34,238 bases of DNA, taken from the NCBI GenBank assembly GCA_024277315.1, contig JAJRVK010000073.1, forward strand, positions 1 to 34,238, given 5' to 3'. Position numbers and translations under genes: made by a program. The notes beneath the pieces were generated by a model. That model was not told the DNA's origin and made no database searches. It worked only from the letters and a program-made list of their open reading frames with translations. Source of the stretch: an archaeon. GTDB lineage: Archaea > Thermoplasmatota > Thermoplasmata > WALJ01. Position 1 is the first letter of the stretch; each line of letters begins with the position of its first letter. Positions 10,239 to 17,284 of this stretch are shown piece by piece.

Positions 10239-10583
10239 ATGGAAACAAGAACAGGAGACTGGAAGGGAGAGAAGCATGTTCCGGCGATAGATGTTGAAAG
10301 GAGGGAAAAAGGATACCATGTGACCGTCCATGTGGGTAAGGAAATCCCCCATCCGAACACACCGGAGCATCACATAGCATGGATAGAGCTCTATTTCAGG
10401 CCCGAGGATGGGAACTTCCCAGTGATGGTGGGGAGAGCGGCATTCACATCGCACGGAGACATAGCCACCAATCCAAGGGCGGAGTTCTGCATAAAGACCG
10501 ATAAGAAAGGAAAGCTCATAGCCCTCTCATACTGCAACATACATGGGCTGTGGGAATTCGAGAAAGAATTGATAGAGAGGTGA
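10239..10583 (+). CDS. sor: Superoxide reductase (1Fe-SOR, neelaredoxin type)
   Basis: GDWKGEKHVP, GKEIPHPNTPEHHI.WIELYF and LSYCNIHGLWE are collinear with Pyrococcus furiosus SOR as recalled. The ATG at 10239 follows the SD AGAGGTGA. The ORF track starts at the GTG at 10230. Confidence 0.93.
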   Translation: METRTGDWKGEKHVPAIDVERREKGYHVTVHVGKEIPHPNTPEHHIAWIELYFRPEDGNFPVMVGRAAFTSHGDIATNPRAEFCIKTDKKGKLIALSYCNIHGLWEFEKELIER

Positions 10584-10587
10584 AAAA

Positions 10588-11085
10588 ATGGGAACAAAAG
10601 GAAGAGAAATGGTTGGAAATAAAGTGGATGAAGTGATAGACCTGCTGAACAGGGCTCTTGCGGATGAATGGCTGGCATATTACCAGTACTGGATAGGCTC
10701 GAAGATAGTGGTCGGACCCATGAAAGGCGAGGTCATGACGGAGCTGATGGAGCATGCTGCGGACGAGCTGAGGCATGCGGAACTCCTGGTTACGAGGATA
10801 ATACAGCTCGGCGGAAAGCCGATTCTGGACCCGGATGACTGGAAAAAGCTGACGAACTGCGGTTACGATGCACCGGAGGACCCATTCGTCAGGAAGATAC
10901 TGGACCAGAACATAAAGGGAGAGCAGTGTGCGATAAGCACATACAGGAAGATGATGGAGATGACCAAGGAAATAGACCCGATAACATACGAGATAGCTCT
11001 GGAGATAATGAGAGACGAGGTGGAGCATGAAGATGACCTTCAGGGCCTCGTTGAGGACCTGGAGAACATGAAGTTCCTTCGCTGA
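10588..11085 (+). CDS. Dps-like / bacterioferritin-like four-helix-bundle protein (DpsL type)
   Basis: 165-aa ORF. LLNRALADEWLAYYQYW, AADELRHAELL, IKGEQCAISTY and MRDEVEHEDDL (ferritin-like E/ExxH pattern). Starts 4 nt after the sor stop. Confidence 0.8.
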   Translation: MGTKGREMVGNKVDEVIDLLNRALADEWLAYYQYWIGSKIVVGPMKGEVMTELMEHAADELRHAELLVTRIIQLGGKPILDPDDWKKLTNCGYDAPEDPFVRKILDQNIKGEQCAISTYRKMMEMTKEIDPITYEIALEIMRDEVEHEDDLQGLVEDLENMKFLR

Positions 11086-11097
11086 GGAGGTGAGTGT

Positions 11098-11601
11098 TTG
11101 AAGAAGATGACCGAGAAATCACTTGGCGAGGCGTTCGCTGGAGAGAGCATGGCCCACATGAAGTACCTGATATTCGCAGAACAGGCAGAAAAAGAGGGAA
11201 AGAACGGCATAGCGAGGCTTTTCAGAGCCATAGCATACGCTGAGTACGTGCATGCGAAGAACCATGCGAGAAACCTTGGCTACATAGGCAGCACCGTTGA
11301 GAACATACAGGCAGGCATAGACGGCGAAACTTTCGAGATAGAGGAGATGTACCCTGCATACATGGCAATAGCGAAACTTCAGGACGAAAAGGGAGCGCAG
11401 CAATCCATATGGTATGCCGAGGAGGCCGAGAAGATACATGCGGAGATGTACTCTCAGGCAAAGGAGAAGGCGGAAGAAGGAGAGGATTTTCAGGCGGATG
11501 AGGTATATGTCTGCCCCGTTTGCGGCTACACCCACATAGGAAAGCCTCCCGAGAGATGCCCTGTATGTAAGGTGCCCTCCGAGAAGTTCGAAAGATTCTG
11601 A
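11098..11601 (+). CDS. rbr: Rubrerythrin
   Basis: 167-aa ORF. Diiron four-helix bundle (FAGESMAHMKY, AYAEYVHAKNH, EEAEKIHAEMY) plus a C-terminal rubredoxin-like CPVCGY...CPVC. The TTG at 11098 is 7 nt after the GGAGG core. Alternative ATG at 11107. Confidence 0.9.
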   Translation: MKKMTEKSLGEAFAGESMAHMKYLIFAEQAEKEGKNGIARLFRAIAYAEYVHAKNHARNLGYIGSTVENIQAGIDGETFEIEEMYPAYMAIAKLQDEKGAQQSIWYAEEAEKIHAEMYSQAKEKAEEGEDFQADEVYVCPVCGYTHIGKPPERCPVCKVPSEKFERF

Positions 11602-11610
11602 GGTGATGAA

Positions 11611-12120
11611 ATGATAGATAAAGATGTTGAAGAGGAGCTGAACAAGCAGATAAACGAGGAGATGTACTCTGCGTACCTTTACCTCTCGATGTCCGCTTAT
11701 TTCGAGAACATTGGGCTGAAAGGCTTTGCGAACTGGATGTACGTGCAGTATCAGGAGGAGATGGGCCATGCGATGAAGTTCTACAGGTACGTTCAGGAGA
11801 GGGGAGGAAAGGTGAGGCTATATGCGATAAAGGAGCCGCCGCATGAGTGGAAATCTCCCCTGGATGCCTTCGAGCAGACCCTGAAACATGAGAAGCACAT
11901 AACCGAGTGCATAAACAATCTCGTAGACCTTGCCGAAAAGAAGAAGGACAGGGCCACATTCAACCTCCTGCAGTGGTACATAGACGAGCAGGTTGAGGAA
12001 GAGGCGAATGATGAGGAGATAATCGCACAGCTGAAGCTCATAGGCGACAACGGACAGGGGCTGCTCATGCTTGACAGAGAGCTCGGGCAGAGGACATACA
12101 CACCGATAAACCAGGGGTGA
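11611..12120 (+). CDS. ftn: Ferritin
   Basis: 169-aa ORF. LNKQINEEMYSAYLYLSMSAYF, YQEEMGHAMKF, HEKHIT and QWYIDEQVEEE are ferritin ferroxidase-centre motifs. Confidence 0.9.
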   Translation: MIDKDVEEELNKQINEEMYSAYLYLSMSAYFENIGLKGFANWMYVQYQEEMGHAMKFYRYVQERGGKVRLYAIKEPPHEWKSPLDAFEQTLKHEKHITECINNLVDLAEKKKDRATFNLLQWYIDEQVEEEANDEEIIAQLKLIGDNGQGLLMLDRELGQRTYTPINQG

Positions 12121-12124
12121 GAGT

Positions 12125-12631
12125 ATGGATATATCCAGATACAGCCTGGAAGACCTCCTTCTGGCTGCCATAAAGAGCGAGGTCGAGGCCGAAGAGGTCT
12201 ATCTCAGGCTTTCCGAAAGGGTGAAAAATCCCTTCCTCAGGGGAAGACTCGAGTTCCTGGCAGATGAGGAGAAAAAGCACAAGAAATTCCTTGAAAAGGT
12301 CTTCAAGGAGACATTTCCGGCAAAAAACATAGTTCTTCCGAGAGCCAGCAATGTTCCTCTGCCTTCCGTAAGACTCCACGGGGAAACCGGGGCCATGAGA
12401 GATGTTATCGTTATCCTGGAAGATGCGATGAAGGCCGAAAAGGCCGCACATGAGTTCTACGACCATCTGAAGACGAGGTTCAGGGACGAAAAGGTACGGA
12501 CGGCCCTCCATTATCTGGCCCTCATGGAGCTGGACCATTACAGGATATTGCGGATGGAAAGGGACGAGATAGGAGAGGTCGAGAATGTGATGGAAGATAT
12601 GGGATACATCAATCTGGATGGAGTGTACTGA
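12125..12631 (+). CDS. Ferritin-like / rubrerythrin-family diiron protein without rubredoxin domain (paralog 1)
   Basis: 168-aa ORF. Four predicted ligand segments: SEVEAEEVY, ADEEKKH (ExxH), AMKAEKAAHEFY and MELDHY (ExxH). SD GGGGTGA. Confidence 0.75.
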   Translation: MDISRYSLEDLLLAAIKSEVEAEEVYLRLSERVKNPFLRGRLEFLADEEKKHKKFLEKVFKETFPAKNIVLPRASNVPLPSVRLHGETGAMRDVIVILEDAMKAEKAAHEFYDHLKTRFRDEKVRTALHYLALMELDHYRILRMERDEIGEVENVMEDMGYINLDGVY

Positions 12632-12641
12632 GGTGATGAGA

Positions 12642-13133
12642 ATGGATATAAGCGAATTCGGAATGGAAGAATTGCTTCTTGCGGCCATAAAGAGTGAGGT
12701 TGAAAGCGAAAGAATATACAAGGAGACCGCAGTTCGCGTTAAGAACGCTTTCTTAAGGGAGAGACTGGAGTTTCTAGCCGCCGAGGAGAAAAAACACAGG
12801 CAGTTCCTGGAATTCCTTTACAGAAAGAAGATGGGCGACAAAAAAATCGTGCTACCCGAGAAAAGCAGGGTGCCTCTGCCCCGAATTGACATAGGTAGTG
12901 AGAATGACCCCATAAGTCTGTTACTGGAGAGCGCCATGAAAGCCGAAAAGGCGGCAGAAGCGTTCTATAACGCACTGGCTGAGAGGTTCGAGGATGATGA
13001 GACCAGAAAGATGCTGAAGGTATTCGCCAACATGGAATACGGGCACTACAAGATACTGGAATCCGAGTATGAGAGCGCCAAGGTTTTCGAGGACTATGAC
13101 ACCATATGGCCCATGATGCATGTCGGCCCATGA
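12642..13133 (+). CDS. Ferritin-like / rubrerythrin-family diiron protein (paralog 2)
   Basis: Starts MDISEF..., parallel to MDISRY... of paralog 1. SEVESERIY, AEEKKH, AMKAEKAAEAFY and NMEYGHY. The ATG at 12642 follows the SD GAGGTGA. The ORF track starts at 12618. Confidence 0.75.
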   Translation: MDISEFGMEELLLAAIKSEVESERIYKETAVRVKNAFLRERLEFLAAEEKKHRQFLEFLYRKKMGDKKIVLPEKSRVPLPRIDIGSENDPISLLLESAMKAEKAAEAFYNALAERFEDDETRKMLKVFANMEYGHYKILESEYESAKVFEDYDTIWPMMHVGP

Positions 13134-13145
13134 GGAGGTGAAAAA

Positions 13146-13328
13146 ATGGATGTTAAGAAGGAAATCGTGCTGGAAGCCATGAAAAAGGCGGGAAAACCCG
13201 TAAGACCCGGAGATGTTGCAAAGGCCACGGGTCTGGACAGCAAGGAAGTTTCGAAGATAATATCGGTGCTGAAAAAGGAAGGGAAGGTGGAGTCTCCGAA
13301 GAGATGCTATTACTCCCCGAAAAGCTGA
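13146..13328 (+). CDS. 60-aa putative winged-helix DNA-binding protein
   Basis: MDVKKEIVLEAMKKAGKPVRPGDVAKATGLDSKEVSKIISVLKKEGKVESPKRCYYSPKS has a helix / turn / recognition-helix / beta-hairpin pattern. A strong SD GAGGAGGTGA precedes it. It is the last gene of the operon. Confidence 0.6.
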   Translation: MDVKKEIVLEAMKKAGKPVRPGDVAKATGLDSKEVSKIISVLKKEGKVESPKRCYYSPKS

Positions 13329-13332
13329 GAGC

Positions 13333-13396
13333 TTCGATTTTTCCGATCGAAACCCCTTACCGTGGATTTATTCCGGAGATAATCCAATGGTTTTTT
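13333..13396 (+). terminator. Candidate operon terminator: hairpin plus oligo-T
   Basis: Inverted repeat TTCGAT(13333-13338)/ATCGAA(13346-13351) with a T-rich loop. A T6 run at 13391-13396 lies downstream of the last gene. Confidence 0.3.
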
Positions 13397-13410
13397 CATA
13401 TAATTTTAAA

Positions 13411-13438
13411 GTTCATAAATGAACCGTGTGTTTATATA
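13411..13438 (+). promoter_or_regulatory. Candidate promoter with operator-like palindrome for paralog 3
   Basis: Perfect palindrome GTTCAT-AA-ATGAAC (13411-13424), 6 nt upstream of TTTATATA (13431-13438). Confidence 0.3.
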
Positions 13439-13522
13439 GTATGACAGCCAAAGGTGTAAATACAGAAAAAAATTTGCATGTTTGTGGAGATGAGCAGCGC
13501 AAATGACCTGAAAGGTGATAAA

Positions 13523-14005
13523 ATGGAAAACAGAGAGGAAAGTGTGAGAAAGATAGGAAAGATGATGGGGAATGCGATACGAGGCGAGATAGAGGCCGAG
13601 GAGATGTATACCGAACTCTCGGATATGACAGATAGCGTGTTTCTTAGAGAGAGATTCAGATTCCTTGCAAGAGAGGGGGAGGAGTACAGAAAGGTCCTGG
13701 AAAAGCTCTCGAGAGATATATTCGGGGAAGATATAGAGATTCCAGATAAGAGCAGCCTTCCGTTGCCCGACATAAAACTCCATATGAAGAATGGCACGCT
13801 TCCGCTCGAGGAGCTCATAGGGGTGCTAAAAAAAGTAAAGGATTCGGAGAAAGAGGCCCATGATGTGTATATGTCGATGAGCAGGTTCTTCGAGGATAAA
13901 TGCCCCGAGAGAAGAATGCTGGAATATCTGGCATTTCTAAAACTGGATCGTTACTACATTCTCGAGAGAAAGATAATGAAACTCCGGGAGTTCGGAGTGG
14001 TGTAG
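13523..14005 (+). CDS. Ferritin-like paralog 3 with degenerate metal-ligand motifs
   Basis: Collinear with paralogs 1 and 2 (GEIEAEEMY..FLRERFRFLA..LPLP..DSEKEAHDVY..YLAFLKLDRYYILE). Both ExxH motifs are replaced (EGEEY and KLDR). The ATG at 13523 follows the SD GGTGA. The ORF track starts at 13478. Confidence 0.7.
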   Translation: MENREESVRKIGKMMGNAIRGEIEAEEMYTELSDMTDSVFLRERFRFLAREGEEYRKVLEKLSRDIFGEDIEIPDKSSLPLPDIKLHMKNGTLPLEELIGVLKKVKDSEKEAHDVYMSMSRFFEDKCPERRMLEYLAFLKLDRYYILERKIMKLREFGVV

Positions 14006-14082
14006 GACATCCATTCCTCAGGGGTCCAGAAATACACACAAATGTCCGATACATATAAATACAAAAGAGAGGATGCCTGCTC

Positions 14083-14256
14083 ATGGAAGGAGAAGGAGCA
14101 ACTGCATTCTGTATGCCCGACTCGGAGGGAAAGGAGTACTGCCTCGGGGACTTCAATGGAAAACGGGCAATTCTCTGTTTCTATCCCGAAGATAACCCCA
14201 ACGGATGCTCAAGAGAGCCTATAGGATTCTGTGAAAAGAGGGATGAGATTGCGTAA
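14083..14256 (+). pseudogene. 57-codon remnant of a Bcp-type peroxiredoxin (N-terminal third only)
   Basis: My own translation: MEGEGATAFCMPDSEGKEYCLGDFNGKRAILCFYPEDNPNGCSREPIGFCEKRDEIA. It matches the Bcp/AhpC-TSA N-terminus up to the peroxidatic-Cys helix (FYP.D.TPGC pattern), then stops. It overlaps the start of the next gene. ATATAAAT at 14053-14060 lies 22 nt upstream of its ATG. Confidence 0.5.
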
Positions 14257-15967
14257 TGGCGGTACGACCATCTTGCTGTGCGGTGAGGCAGGTCAGGGGA
14301 TAAAAACCCTGGAGATAATGCTACTCAGCTCTCTAAAGCTCTCGAGATTCAATGTTTATGGCACAGAGGAATATATGTCAAGGGTCAGAGGCGGCATGAA
14401 CATAACCGAAATAAGGATATCCCATCACAGGGTAAGGGCTTTCTCCTCCCATGCCGATATCGTGATACCGTTCCACAAAGGGGCACTTCCTTGGATAAGC
14501 GACAGGATATCTGGCGATACCGTGATTATGGGCGACAGCCGCAATATGGAAAAGGAATTTATGAGGGAGGGGAAGACCATAGAAATTCCTCTGACAGACA
14601 TAGCAATCAGAGCGGGAAGCCGCCTCTACATCAATATGGTTGTGGGAGGCTTGATACCGGGCCTTTTCGACGGGACTCTCAAGCTCATGAACGAATACAT
14701 ATTAAAGCGCTTCATGTCGAAGGGAAAGGATGTGGTCGATGGAAATCTCAGGGCACTCGAGGAAGGTTATGCCCTCGGAAAGAAGGTGAAAGACACTGGA
14801 TCATTCGTTCCAGCGGTGAAAAAAGACCCATCGGTTGCCGGAGATATAGTTATCAGCGGTACCGAGGCGGTGGCGCTCGGCGCTATGGCCGGAGGGATGA
14901 ATTTTCTGAGCTTTTATCCCATGTCTCCTTCCACAGGGGTGGCTGTTTTTGCGGCAGCCCACTCGGAGGAGCTGGGAATTCTTGTGGAACAGGCCGAAGA
15001 CGAGATAGCGGCAGGAAACATGGCCATAGGGGCATGGTATGCAGGTGCCAGGGCAATGGTGACAACCTCGGGCGGAGGCTTTTCTCTCATGACCGAGGCG
15101 CTTAGCCTGGCAGGGATGGCCGAGATCCCGCTCGTCATCCACATCGCACAGAGACCCGGGCCTGCCACGGGCCTCCCCACGAGGACCATGCAGGGAGACC
15201 TCAATATGGCCCTTTATGCCGGACACGGCGAGTTCCCGAGGATAATACTGGCACCTGGGAATATGGAGCAGGCATTCCGGCTCAGCGGAGCGGCCTTCAA
15301 TCTTGCGGAGCTTTTTCAGGTTCCGGTTCTGATTCTCACGGACCAGTACTTCGTGGATACCCACTACAACATACCTGAAACGGATTTGGAGCGCATAAAA
15401 AGGGATGGATACATCTCTGAGGCGGGAGAGGATTACAGGCGTTACATTCTGACGGAGGATGGCATATCGCCGAGGGCCGTACCGGGGAACGGAAAAGGCG
15501 TGGTGATAGCAAACGGAAACGAGCATGACGAATGGGGAGACATCTCGGAGGACAAGGAGCTCAACAGGAAGATGCAGGAAAAGAGGGCCATCAAAAAGAT
15601 GGATAAGATACGCAAGCATGCCGAGATGCCGGAAATCATCGGCAATACCGGGGCGAAGAATGCCGTCGTGAGCTGGGGCTCTACATACCATACCGTTAAG
15701 GAAGCGGTGGAGAGGCTGGAAAAGGACGTCATGTTGCTTCATTTCTCATGGGTCCACCCGCTTCCCGGGAATCTCCGCCAAGTTCTGGAGGGAAAAACCA
15801 TAATGTCGGTGGAACAGAATGTGGGAGGGCAGTTTGCGGATATGCTTTCCAGAGAAACCGGTTTGAACATCAGGTATAAAGTACTGAAATACGACGGTAG
15901 GCCGTTTTCTGTGGAAGAACTTTATGAGATATTGAACAGTATTATGGGGGGAGAAGATGGAAGATAG
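14231..15967 (+). CDS. 2-oxoacid:ferredoxin oxidoreductase, alpha subunit (fused gamma-alpha type)
   Basis: 578-aa ORF. N-terminal gamma-like domain (ILLCGEAGQGIKT) followed by an alpha domain (GTEAVALGAMAGG..FLSFYPMSPST..AQRPGPATGLPTR). The start is the GTG at 14231 or the ATG at 14243. Confidence 0.9.
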   Translation: MKRGMRLRNGGTTILLCGEAGQGIKTLEIMLLSSLKLSRFNVYGTEEYMSRVRGGMNITEIRISHHRVRAFSSHADIVIPFHKGALPWISDRISGDTVIMGDSRNMEKEFMREGKTIEIPLTDIAIRAGSRLYINMVVGGLIPGLFDGTLKLMNEYILKRFMSKGKDVVDGNLRALEEGYALGKKVKDTGSFVPAVKKDPSVAGDIVISGTEAVALGAMAGGMNFLSFYPMSPSTGVAVFAAAHSEELGILVEQAEDEIAAGNMAIGAWYAGARAMVTTSGGGFSLMTEALSLAGMAEIPLVIHIAQRPGPATGLPTRTMQGDLNMALYAGHGEFPRIILAPGNMEQAFRLSGAAFNLAELFQVPVLILTDQYFVDTHYNIPETDLERIKRDGYISEAGEDYRRYILTEDGISPRAVPGNGKGVVIANGNEHDEWGDISEDKELNRKMQEKRAIKKMDKIRKHAEMPEIIGNTGAKNAVVSWGSTYHTVKEAVERLEKDVMLLHFSWVHPLPGNLRQVLEGKTIMSVEQNVGGQFADMLSRETGLNIRYKVLKYDGRPFSVEELYEILNSIMGGEDGR

Positions 15968-16817
15968 GTTCGAACCCGGGAGGCCCGGCTCATCAGACAT
16001 CGCATGGTGTCCGGGATGCGGAAACTTCGGAATCAGGAACATCCTGAAAAAGACCTTCTCAGAGCTTGGGTTGGAACCGAATAAAACGGTCATAATAAGC
16101 GGCATAGGACAAGCTGCCAAAATGCCGCATTATATAAAAACAAATGCCTTCCACAGCCTCCACGGTAGAGCCATCCCGATAGCCACCGGAGTGAAGCTCA
16201 GCAACCCGGAGCTGACCGTTATAGCGGAAGGAGGGGACGGAGACATATATTCGGAAGGTGGCAACCATCTGGTCCATGCAATTAGGAGGAATCCGGACAT
16301 CACTGTGCTGGTCCATGACAACCAGATATACGGACTCACAAAAGGACAGGCATCTCCGACGACCTATCCCGGGATGAGGACACCGACACAGCCGTGGGGA
16401 GTCTTCGAGGAGCCTCTGAACCCGATATCCATGGCCGTGGCTCTAGACGCTTCGTTCGTGGCCAGAACATATATGGGTCATATGGAAAAATCGGTGGAGA
16501 TAATAAAAAAAGCCATTATGCACAGAGGCTTCTCCGTTGTGGATATCCTGCATCCCTGTGTTGTCTTCAACAGGCTCAATACATACGAATGGTATAAAGA
16601 GCACACATACTGGATGGAGGGGCACGACCCATACGACAGAACGAAGGCTTTCGAGAAGGCCATAGAGACAGAGCCGGTCCCTCTGGGGATATTCCATATT
16701 CATGAAAAGCCGACATTCGAAGAGCAGGTGAGCGCCTATGCCAGAGATGACACACCGCTTTGGAAAAGAGCTCCGAATATTGATAGCATATTCAAGATAA
16801 TTGAAAAAATGAGGTGA
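15957..16817 (+). CDS. 2-oxoacid:ferredoxin oxidoreductase, beta subunit (TPP-binding)
   Basis: 286-aa ORF. WCPGCGNFGI and the TPP motif GGDGDIYSEGGNH..N. Overlaps the alpha stop by 11 nt. Confidence 0.9.
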   Translation: MEDRFEPGRPGSSDIAWCPGCGNFGIRNILKKTFSELGLEPNKTVIISGIGQAAKMPHYIKTNAFHSLHGRAIPIATGVKLSNPELTVIAEGGDGDIYSEGGNHLVHAIRRNPDITVLVHDNQIYGLTKGQASPTTYPGMRTPTQPWGVFEEPLNPISMAVALDASFVARTYMGHMEKSVEIIKKAIMHRGFSVVDILHPCVVFNRLNTYEWYKEHTYWMEGHDPYDRTKAFEKAIETEPVPLGIFHIHEKPTFEEQVSAYARDDTPLWKRAPNIDSIFKIIEKMR

Positions 16818-16821
16818 AAGT

Positions 16822-17280
16822 ATGATAGAGATAGGAAAAAGAATTGAGGATTTCGTGCTGAAAGACCAGCACGGAAATGAGTTCAGACTCTCGGAGCACA
16901 GAGGAAAGAGGGTGATTCTCTCGTTCCATCCGCTGGCATGGACCCCTGTATGTGCCGAGCAGATGAAAGGCCTAGAGGAAAATCACAAGAGGCTCCATGA
17001 GCTTAACACAATCGCCGTGGGAATAAGCGTGGATTCCACATTTTCGAAGAAGGCATGGGCCGAATCCCTCGGAATAGAGAGAACGCGGTTGCTGTCCGAT
17101 TTCTGGCCCCATAGTGAACTGGCAAAGAAACTCGGTATTTTCAGGGAAAATGACGGATTTTCTGAGAGGGCGAACATAATAGTGGATGAGGACGGAAATG
17201 TGATATTTGTCAAAGTATATCCGATATCCCAGGTACCGGACATGGATGAGATAATAGTCTTTCTGGAAGGAAGGAGGTGA
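16822..17280 (+). CDS. Peroxiredoxin (AhpC/TSA-Bcp family)
   Basis: 152-aa ORF. FVLKDQHGNEFRLSEHRGKRVILSFHPLAWTPVCAEQM contains the peroxidatic Cys. Starts 4 nt after the OFOR beta stop. Confidence 0.9.
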   Translation: MIEIGKRIEDFVLKDQHGNEFRLSEHRGKRVILSFHPLAWTPVCAEQMKGLEENHKRLHELNTIAVGISVDSTFSKKAWAESLGIERTRLLSDFWPHSELAKKLGIFRENDGFSERANIIVDEDGNVIFVKVYPISQVPDMDEIIVFLEGRR

Positions 17281-17284
17281 GATC

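Noticed and set aside
14042-14224. 60-aa + ORF from the track overlapping the Bcp-like stump in another frame.
   Set aside because: It has no motif. The alternative frame (14083-14256) shows clear peroxiredoxin N-terminal similarity and better promoter spacing.
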